DNA of 64,000 nucleotides from Octopus sinensis (lineage: Eukaryota), in contig NC_042997.1 in assembly GCF_006345805.1 (NCBI RefSeq), forward strand, positions 45,446,001 to 45,510,000, given 5' to 3'. Below are positions 14,747 through 26,317 of this stretch, one piece after another (position 1 is the first letter of the stretch; every line of letters starts with the position of its first letter). Both the position numbers and the translations under genes were made by a program. A model generated the notes under the pieces. The model searched no databases. It saw nothing but the letters and a program-made list of their open reading frames with translations, and was not told where the DNA came from.

Positions 14747-14784
14747 CTCAAGGAATCATTGCAAATATTGAAACAGGCGTGTAA
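14747..14784 (+). CDS. Putative terminal coding exon of the plus-strand gene (AQGIIANIETGV*; alternative frame SRNHCKY*)
   Basis: Acceptor tttgatgttttttcag, phase-compatible with 10425-10468. TAA at 14782-14784 and AATAAA at 15006-15011. Confidence 0.45.
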
Positions 14785-14811
14785 CTGTAAAATAGAGATA
14801 CATATGATCCC

Positions 14812-14861
<50 letters not shown>

Positions 14862-15044
14862 GTGTGTGTGGTGTGTGTGTGTGTGTGGTGCATGCGTGTG
14901 TGTGTGTGTGTGTGTGTGTGCATGCGTGTGTGTGCATGCGTGTGTGCGTGCGTGTGTGCATGCGTGTGTGTGTATCAAATAGTTTTACATGCTGGCAGAA
15001 GCTTCAATAAATCATCTTTCGATATATTATGCCCATGTGGCACT

Positions 15045-15111
15045 TCAAAGGTGAGACTTAATGGTCTCAATTCTTATGTAAATACTTCTTTCCAAATTAT
15101 CTTTGGCATAT
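15045..15111 (-). CDS. Putative terminal coding exon of the minus-strand gene ((I)YAKDNLERSIYIRIETIKSHL*)
   Basis: Acceptor cctgtacatttcag. Open frame in phase with the 15769 donor, ending at TGA (15047-15045). Confidence 0.6.
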
Positions 15112-15265
15112 CTGAAATGTACAGGTATGACAGGAGAAACAAGTGCATAGCAAACCTAGTCACCACACTCAGTTTCATTTCTCAGTCATACCAATTTCAT
15201 TTAACAACTCTCTTTTCTCATCCTTTGAAGTCAGTCAAACAAATCATCCATTTCAGTTTTGGATA

Positions 15266-15500
15266 CATCATCATCATCATCATCATCATTTTAATGTCTG
15301 CTTTCTCATGCTTGCATGGGTCAGATAAAATTCACTGAGGTAGATTTTCTGCAGCTGGATACTCTTCCTGTTGCCAACTATCACGTTTCCAAGCAAGGTA
15401 TAATACTTCCCCATTGCTGAATATGTCCACATGGAAATTTGGGGATGAAGAACACCACTTGTCTTACAGTGAAGCTCACTTATAAGTATCACATGGTATC
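15266..15500 (-). mobile_element. RTE-tail-related 3' fragment ending in (GAT)n
   Basis: The (cat)n tract and the following sequence are the reverse complement of the RTE 3' end. Similar degenerate copies at about 17246-17405, 19165-19405 and 46295-46450. Confidence 0.7.
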
Positions 15501-15768
15501 AAGGAGACACAAACACACAGGACAAATTTCTTACAGTTTCCATTTACCAAATCCACCCACAAACTTTTAGTCAATCTGGGGCTATTGGAGAAGACACTTT
15601 CCCAAAGTACCATGCAGCTGGCTGAACCCAAAACCACATGGTTGGTAAGTAAACTTCTTAATCACAGAGACTAGTTAAAAATAGTCAAATAGAAAACTAA
15701 AATATTGCATTTTTGACCATTCCACCTTAAAGTAGAATAGTATACATATATCAATTTACCATTCGTAC

Positions 15769-15873
15769 ATGGCTCTATAAAGTGGCCTCTCCCTCCAGCT
15801 GTCACATTCTTGATATGCTGCTGGGTCAAAGACCACCAAGAGGTATCTATGTTTGTTCACAAGTTCATAGGCC
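15769..15873 (-). CDS. Exon of the minus-strand gene ((R)AYELVNKHRYLLVVFDPAAYQECDSWRERPLYRA)
   Basis: Very strong acceptor (t)n gctttttgtcag. Open in phase 2 to 2, matching the 20846 exon. Donor gtacga at 15768, or gtaaat at 15759. Confidence 0.8.
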
Positions 15874-18800
15874 CTGACAAAAAGCAAAAAAAAAAAAAAA
15901 ATTAATTAGCTAAAATATGGTGCATGCTACCAAATCATACTCGCTTATGAGTGACAGCTGTGGTCTTAAAAAATTAATTAGCAAGTTTGGTTGTTTCTTG
16001 ATTACTCTACACACAATTTGACAATCTATCTCATTGGCATTCAAAGACAACTTGCTTAACTGTGACATAAAACAAAAGCATTCTTATAATTTTGTCATAG
16101 TCGTCAACCTAATAGAAAACTTTCAAGCTGTGTTTCTGGAAAAGTGCACTTCAGTGCACTAGCATAGTACATATAGTTTCTAGATGCACAGTGGAGTGTT
16201 AAAAAATATAATTTAAGACCCCTTGAAAATCCATATTTAACGCTTTGAGCATCTTGTAAAACAGGTTATAATTTTGTTATGCAGAAGCATGATAACTAAA
16301 ACAAAACTAAACAGTTATTTTCTGCATTTGTTTTCTCTGAAGTTTTAACAATGAAACAATTTTGCTATAAACTTTCCAAACGAAATGCACCAGTAATTTT
16401 TTTATTCGATTTTCAGTGTGCCATTAAGTCAAAATGATTGAGAACCACTACGTTAAGTAAAACCTGTCTACCAGAAATTGTAGTGGTATTGAAGCAAGAA
16501 CAGCAAAAGAAGAAGAAAAAAAAAATGACAAAATACCACGTTCTAGATTACTAAGCATGGTCCTGGTTAGAAAACTTCCAAGATTTAGTAATTGTGTTAA
16601 GTTGAAATAATCAAAATCATTGAATGAAGATGTGAATCACTTTCATCGTATAGTTAAGAAAGATTTCTTTCACTACTGTACAAAAAAGATCAAGGATATA
16701 CAACACAGATGCAAACAACTGTCTAGTTACTTTTGCTGGAGTGTGAAGTAGCTATGACAAGCAACTATTGTAGACAACAACAACAAAAAAAAGGAAAGTG
16801 ATCTGACTAGCAACATTAATATCAAACTCACAAAATAAAGGTTATATTTATGTGTGCGCCTGTATACGAAGTTGCAGACATAGCTGTGTGTGGCTAAGAA
16901 GTTTATTGCGCAACCAGATGGCTTCAGGTTTAGTCACCTAGAGCAGGTCTCTTCTACAGTAGCTCCAGGCTGACTAAAGCCTTGTGAGTTGATTTGACAC
17001 ATAGAAACCGAAAGAATATTAAGTGTGTATGTGAGTGTGTGTGTGTGAGAGAGTGAGAAAGAGAGTGAGTGTGTGTGTGTGTATATATATATAATTGGAT
17101 AAAGATAGTTATGGTTGGTCTATGGGGTTATTCAGGCTTCTATGACCATAAAGCACTTCGCTTTACAGTGTCTCTTCAGACCCTAATGGCTAGTGGCCTA
17201 TAACCTCTCTTCAAAGTGGAAGGAGAAAAGGCCTTATGGCTAGTGTCATTATCATTTAATGTCCATTTTTCATGCCGGCATGTGTTGGACTGTTTGACAG
17301 GAGCTGACCACCTGAAGAGCTGCCCAAATTCCCTGTCTGTTTTGACATGGTTTCTACAGATGGGTGCCCTTCCTAACACCAACCACTTTACAGAGTATAT
17401 TTGGTGATATTTCATTTGCTTAGTTAATGGACATCTGTTCAGTGATAGAAATAGATTTTAGAAACTAATCATATGCTATGATCTATGACAATGAGCTGGG
17501 GAAGGAGAGAAGGGGTAAACTGCCTCATCTCCCCAATGAGCTGAAAAGTAAAGGAATGCTGTCCCTCAGCGTAACGCCTCCCCACATCCTGCTTCCATTA
17601 TTCCAGCAGCCATGCTAGTAGACTCTACCCACCAGAATCCAGTACTTATGTTGTTGACCTCTATTTGCTGACCTGCTATGTTACAGGTCATATAAAACAC
17701 CAGTTTCTACCAGCATCAGCAAAAAGGTAGACATAGAGAAAGACACACACATATTCTTACTTCAAAAACAAATAAAGGTTGGGGACAGAAAGAGCATCTG
17801 GCTATAAAACAATGCATCAGTAATTCGTATTTATCTAATCCATTCTAACATGGAAAAATGGACATAAAAACTGATATAGGCACACATATATGTACATAGG
17901 GCCACATGTGCATGCACACACACACACACACACAAACGTGCACACACACATGTTCACACACACAAACAGGCTTTCATGCATTTTCCATCTAGCAAATTTC
18001 ACTCACAAAGCATTAAGCAGCTCAAGAGTATAGCAGAAAATACCAAAAGAAATATGTCCTAGGTATTGAACCCAAACCACATGGTCGAGAAGTGGACTAC
18101 TTAACCACACAACCATGCCTAACCCCCAATATGTGTAGAAACCCAGAAGTAATAAGCCAATACAGTTAAACAGGCAAGACCACAAGTTGGTTTGGTTTTA
18201 GCTTGCAACAAAGATACCATTCATTTAGTCCTCTTCTACCAGTCAGTGATAGGAATAGCAAATCCTGATGAGGTTAATTGTACCATTCATATCAGTTTTT
18301 AAATCTTTAACTTCAAGTTAAGTAACATGCATCTTAACCATAGAATTGACATTTGCATTTTTATTACACTCAAAGTTATGTGTGCATCCGAATGAACAGG
18401 GAATTTATCATATGAATGTGATATTTCTTTCAAGAGAAAGTTTCTTTAAAGCTAAAAAAAGACTAATTAAAATGTAACAAGCAGGGGGAAACTAAAAAGC
18501 AAAAAGTTTTAAAAACAAGAGATTGCTCTACAATAAATGAAAATCAAATTGAATTGAAAAATCTTTTGGGAAACAAGAGTAGGTGATAGTTAACAATAAT
18601 AATAAATGCAAACAATAATATAAATGCTATGATTTATTAATATATATATATATGTGTATATATAAATAAGCATAAAGTTATAGACCAAGTATAAGAAAAC
18701 AAGATGTTTGTATCATTAATAAAAGTAGCACATGGCAAACCAAACAGAACAGTTTGCAATTTTTCTAAATGTATATTTTTCACTGAGCTAATACCACTTT

Positions 18801-20168
18801 TGAAAAGAAGTAAAAATGATACCAGAAAGATATATAAAAATCTTCAATTGAAAATATTTAAAATATATAAAAAACAAAATAAAGACGGAACTTAGCAAAT
18901 ACAAGATAGTTTAGCCAAAGAAAATAAAAGGAAACCTTGTCTACAAACAGATGTTGTTGAAAGCTAAAAGATTGCTAACAGCTAGTTTAATTTAATTTTT
19001 TTTTGCATTTTCCCTTTTAAATCAAGAGATAGAGAAAATAGGTCTTAAATGGAAAATAAAGGCAAGTTTGTATTCTTTTAAGCTGTTTAGGGAAGGAATA
19101 TCAAAGAAAGAGAGAAAACCTTGTAGTGAAAATTATAGTTTGCATTTTATTTAGATTTCAGTATCATAATCATCACCATTATCATAAAATTTCTTCTGAA
19201 TGTTGCTATGGAAAGGCACATAAATCTACATCAAAAGAATGCTGTTCTGATGCCCAAATGGATATATCTAACATTTTTACATCCATTTTTTCCAGTCTTA
19301 GATGAGATGGATGTTTCATTGGATTTTTGTAGAAATGATTGTTTTTACAACTGAGTGCCCTTTTTAATACTAACCACTCAACAGTGAGATAGATCTGGAA
19401 CATGGATTTCTGTCATACATCTTGCTCAAGGATATGATTTAATAACAGTAGCAAGATTTTGGATCTTTGATGCCTCATGTTCCATTACTCTGCTACATGA
19501 TCACAACTACTGTTCTTGACATTTCATAGCCTTAATAATCGTTTCTGATTTAGGCACAACACCAGCAATTTTTAGGGTATGGGGTGTAATTAATATTATC
19601 AACCTTAGTATTTATTTTATTGATCCCCAAAACATGAATGGCAAAGTTGACCTCATTAAATTTGAACTCGGAATGTAAGGAGCTGGAAGAAATTACACAA
19701 AATGATTTGCTTGATTCTCTAACGATTCTGCCAATCCACCACTTTTCATAACCTTAATAATAAGAATGAAATATAAATTTTGACAAATGGTTACAAATCT
19801 TTAGGAGAGATTTATCAATTTGATCAGCTTCACTACATTAGCCAGTGAGGGGGCCTTTCCTGTGGTCGCTCAAACTGCTAGAAATAGCAACAAAATCAGT
19901 CTCAAATAACACTACCATTTTTTTATTAAAAGAGGAATGAATACATTGGATAAACTGTCTAAATAGAAAAGAAAAAAAAAAAAGATAGTCTTGGCTAAAA
20001 TGCATTTCACATTTGTTTGAGTAGGAATTACCTGGAGCTAAATCTAAACAACAATAACAACAAGTGGCAATTATTTCATAAATCCCAGAAAAATAAAAGC
20101 AAAATTGATTTAAATACAGCTTGGACTCAGAATGTAAGATGAATTAAACCAAATATTGTAAGGTGTTG

Positions 20169-20569
20169 ACTCTTTTACTCTTTTATTTGTTTCAGGTATT
20201 TGACTGTGGCCATGCTGAAGCACTGCCTTTAGTCGAGCAAATCAACCCCAGGACTTATTCTTTGTAAGCCTAGTACTTATTCTATCGGTCGCATTTGCCG
20301 AACTGCTAAGTTACAGGGATGTAAACACACCAGCATCGGTTGTCAAGCGATGTTGGGAGGGACAAACACAGACACATAAACAACATACATATATATACAT
20401 ATATATGACAGGCTTCTTTCAGTTTCCGTCTACCAAATCCACTCACAAGGCTTTGGTCGGCCCGAGGCTATAGTAGAAGACACTTGCCCAAGGTGCCACG
20501 CAGTGGGAATGAACCCAGAACCATGTGGTTGGTAAGCAAGCTACTTACCACACAGCCACTCCTGCACCT
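20169..20569 (-). mobile_element. Family A SINE, full length
   Basis: Reverse complement of the 96-516 element including the tail. Confidence 0.9.
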
Positions 20570-20845
20570 GTAAAACTTTTTTTTATTCATGCCATTCCCT
20601 TGCTTTAAAATGGAGTTCTAATGCTGCATTGTATTTTTTTTTTATGGTTATTTGGTTACTTCAGTCTACCGAGACAAAAAATGGATGCCACATTCATATC
20701 ATGATTGAGTAAATGGCTCTGAGAATGGCGTCATTTCTACATAACATTGAAACACATCTGATTAGAAAACAAATGCCTTCTTGAAACAAAACTACAAAAG
20801 AGTATACAAGAAGCATCAATTCTCTGCTGCATGAAGTAATTTTAC

Positions 20846-20946
20846 CTGCAGCAGGTGTCATCACTAACGCAGATCAAGCGCAGGCCTTGTAGCCCACATG
20901 TTAGCCTGCCAGAGATCGTTAGTGAATAATAAGAGTCAATGTCAAC
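20846..20946 (-). CDS. Exon of the minus-strand gene (VDIDSYYSLTISGRLTCGLQGLRLICVSDDTCC)
   Basis: Acceptor tcttcttcttcatctgtctgtcatag and donor CAG|gtaaaa. Only one frame is open (phase 0 to 2), and it joins the 15873 exon in frame. Confidence 0.75.
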
Positions 20947-21045
20947 CTATGACAGACAGATGAAGAAGAAGAAGATATATCCTGACACAACTACTGACAC
21001 TCTACAGAGCTCAGGTGAAAACTACAATGGTGTATTTACTCTCAC

Positions 21046-21069
21046 ATCTGGGATGCTGCTGCAAATATC
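21046..21069 (-). CDS. Possible 24-nt microexon (DICSSIPD)
   Basis: Acceptor gtctttctttctag and donor gtgaga. Phase 0 to 0, so the frame is kept whether it is included or skipped. Confidence 0.35.
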
Positions 21070-21280
21070 CTAGAAAGAAAGACGTCTATTGAAAGAAAGG
21101 CCAATCAACTTAGCTTGCAACCACTTACAGACATTCTGTCTTTTCTTTCTGTCTTTACTACTTTTCTACTACTTCTATCATAGCCCATCCTCTGCAGAGC
21201 TGGCTGGGTTTGTACCACCTCTCCTCAAGCACTCCTCATTCACTCATCTCTCCTTCTTTCATCACCCATGTTATATCCAA

Positions 21281-21670
21281 CTAGCAGTATCGCCCGGCGT
21301 GCTCGGGTTTGTAAGGGAAATTACTATATAAGCATTTTTAGAGAGTTACTTCCCTTATATAATAGCAAAATAATGCATTAAAAATGGAAAAAATGATGGT
21401 AAATTTTTTTTTAAATCGTAGACTCATCGTAGACATTTTTAGAGAGTTACTTCCCTTATATAATAGCAAAAAATGCATTAAAAATGGAAAAAAATGATGG
21501 TAAATTTTTTTTTAAATCGTAGACTCATGCTAATACCCAGAAGGGCTCGATATGAATCACGACTATAAGATACCCGCTTTTGGTTAAACTGCACCGCAAA
21601 ATGTGGGAGTAGTTAGGAATCTAAATCGTAGGAGACAGACAGCACACAACTTCACTTTTATATATATAGA
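21281..21670 (-). mobile_element. Non-autonomous Helitron
   Basis: On the minus strand: a|TCTATATATATAAAAG ... cccgagcacgccgggcgatactgCTAG|t. This is an A/T insertion site with no TSD and a subterminal GC hairpin. There is a ~100-bp internal tandem duplication. Confidence 0.88.
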
Positions 21671-22319
21671 TTTACAGATTTTGCATAATGCCACTAGGCT
21701 AAACTCTCCTTCTCAAGATGTCAACCGTCTGGAGCTTCCTCCTCCTTGCTCATGTCTTTCCTGATATGTGCTGACTGGCAACAGTTTATGTGGAACAATA
21801 ATAATGGCATCAACTTCATCAGTTTCAGACAGTCTGTGAAGGCCATAGGTACTGCCCCTTCCACCAGACCCAACAAATAAAAAAGAAAATGATTTATATA
21901 CTTGACATAAAAGCAAATTTGTATTTAAATAAATTACAGAAAGCGGGGGAAAAAAAAAAACAAAAAGCAACCAAATCATTTTCTTTCTCTTTCTTGGAGC
22001 TAATTGTTTGCCTGAATATATTTAACATTATTTGTTGCTTCGGCAGAAATTATAAGAATTGATACCGAGTAGGCCTGAATGGAGTTCTAAGTCCTTCGAG
22101 GATTGACACAATAACTAAAACCTCATAAGAGATATATATTAAATGAACCAAATAACTCTTTCCCAATTTGTTAGTAATACTAAATTAAATTATTCAAGAT
22201 ATATTATTGAAGATACTGCACCCTTCTTACACACTCAGCAAATAAAAAAAAACAAAAAAAAGCAAAACAATAAAATCAATAATAATAATAATAATAATTA
22301 TGATGATGAAAATGATAAT

Positions 22320-22530
22320 GGTTTCAAATTTTGGCATAAGGCCAGCAGTTCCGGTGAAGGGGGTAAGTTGTTTACATTGATCTCAGTACTCAACTGGTAT
22401 TTATTCTATCAAGCCCGAAAGGATGAAAGGCAAAGTCGACCTCAGCAGAATTTGACCTTAGAATGTAAAGACAAACAGCATGCTACGAAGCATTTTGCTT
22501 GGCATGCTAACGATTCTGCCAGCTCACCAT
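22320..22530 (-). mobile_element. Family B tRNA SINE (ctttgcctttcatcctttcggggtcgata...aagtaccag domain)
   Basis: Reverse complement of the intact copy at 42846. Confidence 0.85.
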
Positions 22531-22556
22531 TATATAATGATAATAATGATAATAAT

Positions 22557-22825
22557 GAATGGTTGTATACTGTCAATCTAACAAGAACGTGACAGTAGGG
22601 TGTACACCACCGTTGTATAGCCCTAGGAGGCATCGAACGCCTCCTGACAGCTTTAACACATTTTTTTTCCTGTGTCCTTATATACATATACGAAGGGGAG
22701 ACAAACACCCCCAACCGCCGAAGCTGTCGAAGCTGTCAGGAGGCGTTCGATGCCTTATGGGCTATACAATGGTGGTGTACCCCCTACTGTCACGTTCTTG
22801 TTAGATTGACAGTATACAACCATTC
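22557..22825. mobile_element. Foldback/MITE-like element with ~97-bp inverted repeats
   Basis: 22557-22653 is the reverse complement of 22730-22825. The outer 44 bp are perfect, with about 4-5 differences overall. Confidence 0.85.
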
Positions 22826-22911
22826 TATCGCCCCACCACCGTACATGTCTCTACGAGAGATTTAAAAATTCAATATTTCTAATGATAATAATAACAGTGA
22901 TAAATGATAAT

Positions 22912-23570
22912 GGTTTCAAATTTTGGTACAAGGCCAGCAGTTTCAGGGGGTGGGGAATAAGTTGCTTACATTGATCCCAGTGCTCAACTGGTACTTATTT
23001 TATCAACCTGAAAGGATGAAAGGCATAGTAAACCTTGTGGAATTTGAACTCAGAATGGAATAATGGACGAAACGCTGTTAAGCATTTTGCTTGGCATGCA
23101 AACAATTCTTTGAGCTTACCACCCTAATAATAATCTTTTCTACTCTAGGCACAAGGCCTGAAATTTTGGGGGAGTGGGGACAGATGATTAGATCAACCCC
23201 AGTATGCAACTGGTACTTAATTTATCGGCCCCAAAAGGATGAAAGAAAGTCGACCTCAGAGGAATTTGAACTCAGAATGAAAAGACAGATGAAATACCAC
23301 TAAGCATTTCACCCGACATGCTAACGTTTCTTATTTCTTTATTGCCCACAAGGGGCTGAATATAGAGGGGACAAACAAGGACAGACAAAGGGATTGAGTC
23401 GATTACATTGACCTCAGTGTGCAACTGGTACTTAATTTATGGACCCCGAAAGGATGAAAGGCCAAGTTGACCTCGGCGGAATTTGAACAAGGAATGTAAA
23501 GACAGACAAAATACCGCTAAGCATTTCACCCGGCGTGCTAACATTTCTGCCAGCTGGCCACCTTCCACCC
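22912..23570 (-). mobile_element. Tandem cluster of three family B SINEs
   Basis: Three successive copies of the gatgaaaggcaaagtcgacctc..gaatttgaactcag segment in the same orientation, with two different tails. Confidence 0.85.
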
Positions 23571-24478
23571 TAATAATAATAATAATAATAATAATGATAA
23601 TAACTGACATGGACAAATTTAGTATTTACATAAATTCAAGGAGGGAAAAAAAACAACCAGCAACATGATCAAATTTTTTTTTAATATTTCTTGTAACTAG
23701 TTGTTTTTTTTCTAAATATAATTAACATTATCTGTTGTTAGAGCAGAAACATAATATATTATAAGTATTGAGATGAAGTAACCTTGAATGAAATGCCAAG
23801 TCCATTGAGGACTGACATAGCTGCTAAAATCTCATAACGGATATGTTCAATGAACTTAATAACTCATTCACACTTTGTTAGTAATACCAAATTAAATAAT
23901 TCAATATATACTCTCAGAATTTTATGTACTTCTATCTTTCCTACACTACAGAAAACATACATAAAAATTCTCCAGCAAATATTTTATACAAATGAATGCT
24001 TCTCATATTTATATCTTGTCAATGTAATTTAAGTGATTAGCGCTTGCAATTAGTTAAACAATTTGAATGTAATGTGTCAATATTGGGACACCAAACATTA
24101 ACTGTAACAAGGCTTGAACTGTTGACCATGCAATTTGTAGTCTAGAGCCTTAATTTCTCACCTACTGTGCCTCATAAATGTGTTAGAATCAACATTTGAT
24201 ATATATGCGTGTATGGGTTTGAGAGAGTGTGATGGTGTATATAGACATGTATATTTGTGTTACCTTGTCTTGTCATAGATTGATACTTGTGAATAAACAT
24301 CATTGTTATACAGAGAGAATCATTCGTTACCAATATTCTGCAAAAACATGTCTGGGTAGAGGGAAATATTACTTGCTTGGAAACTGGTTTGGGTTGGTGA
24401 TAGGAAGGAAATGCAGCCAAAGAAAATTTGCTTCTGTAAACCCATGCAAGACCCATGCAAGCTTGGGATTGTGAACCT

Positions 24479-24892
24479 AGGCGCAGGAGTGGCTGTGTGG
24501 TAAGTAGCTTGCTAACCAACCACATGGTTCCGGGTTCAGTCCCACTGTGTGGCATCTTGGGCAAGTGTCTTCTGCTATAGTCCCGGGCCGACCAATGCCT
24601 TGTGAATGGATTTGGTAGACGGAAACTGAAAGAAGCCTGTCGTATATATGTATATATATATATGTGTGTGTGTGTATGTGTCTGTGTGTCTGTGTTTGTC
24701 TCCCTAGCATTGCTTGACAACCGATGCTGGTGTGTTTACGTCCCCGTCACTTAGCGGTTCGGCAAAAGAGACTGATAGAATAAGTACTGGGCTTACAAAG
24801 AATAAGTCCCGGGGTCGATTTGCTCGACTAAAGGCGGTGCTCCAGCATGGCCGCAGTCAAATGACTGAAACAAGTAAAAGAGTAAAAGAGTA
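24479..24892 (+). mobile_element. Family A SINE, full length and young-looking
   Basis: Near-identical to 31376-31781 and to the reverse complement of 51334-51746. Confidence 0.92.
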
Positions 24893-25658
24893 GACAAGTT
24901 TTTTTTCCAAGTTTAATAAAATATACACCAGTGATGCCATTAGCTGGAGAGACATGGAAAAGAGAGGAAAGACTGATCGAGGAATATGGGGGGGGGGGGA
25001 GATATTCTGATATGATTGGAAAAGTTGGATGGTGGGGAAAAAGCTGTTGTCCTCTTTATCAGTAACTATATCTTTATAAGCATTGTCTGGAAATGACTAC
25101 AGTACAATGACAGAAATCAGTCATACACACACACACACACACACACACAGTAGCAGCATGAACAGAGTAAAGAGTTGTCAATGCATCTTCTAGACTGAAT
25201 ATATTACAATATTATTGTTAAGGCTGACTTCACTAATGTAATGGAAATATAATAAACTCCTATAATATATAACAAATGTGTCTATATTATATTGTATAAA
25301 ACACACACACACACACACACATAAAATGTTGATAGTTTTGGAATTTCATTTTTTGTTATGAATTTCAATTTTTCAACATTAGTCATAAAAAGCTTTTTAA
25401 TGAACCAAACGAAGCCCCTTAATTAAAAATAAAATTATTTGTGCATGAAAACTTATTGGCAACTATACTGCTTTGCTCTGATAACATTTAATTTGGCTAA
25501 CAACATTAGGTTTGATATAAATTTCCTTAGTTTATTTATTTCTTTTTAAATAACTTTGTGACAGGTCATGTGTAGTATATAGGAAAATAAGTGAACGAGA
25601 GTATTTTGTTTGTTTTTTTTTCTTTTAAATCTAAAACGATACTGTGTTTCTTTGAAAT

Positions 25659-25822
25659 AGGCACAGGTGTGGATGTGTTGTAAGAAGCTTGCTTCCGGAC
25701 CACAGGATTCTGGTTTCAGTCCCACTGCATGGCACCTCTAGCAAATGCCTTCTACTATAGTCATGAACAGATCAAAGACTTGTGAGTGGATTTGGTAGAT
25801 GGAAACTGAAAGAAGCCTGTCG
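25659..25822 (+). mobile_element. Family A SINE head; its expanded microsatellite (25823-26317, resuming at 30865) hosts the RTE
   Basis: Head and body up to gaagcctgtcg, followed by ~500 bp of (TA/CA) repeat and then the RTE. Confidence 0.8.
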
Positions 25823-26257
25823 TATATATATATACATATACATATATATACATATATACATATATACATATATATACATATATATACATATATATATACA
25901 TATATATATACATATATACACACATATATATATATACATATATACACATATATATATATACATATATACACATATATATATATATATACATATATACACA
26001 TATATATATATATATACATACATATATACACATATATACATATATACACATATATACATATATACACATATATACATATATACACATATATACATATATA
26101 CACATATATATATACATATATATACATATATACACATATATATATATATACATATATATACATATACATATACACATATATATACATATACATATACACA
26201 TATATATACATATACATATACACATATATATACATATACATATACACATATATATAC

Positions 26258-26289
<32 letters not shown>

Positions 26290-26317
26290 ATACATATACA
26301 TATATATATACATATAC

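Noticed and set aside
20852-20892. Plus-strand terminal exon reading GVITNADQAQAL*
   Set aside because: It lies antisense to a better-supported minus-strand exon, needs a weak GC donor at 14777, and 14747 already ends in a stop followed by a polyA signal.
21713-21979. Protein-looking minus ORF (GSTYGLHRLSETDEVDAIIIVPHKLL...)
   Set aside because: Several frames are open on both strands, there is no good acceptor, and the phase does not fit the gene model.
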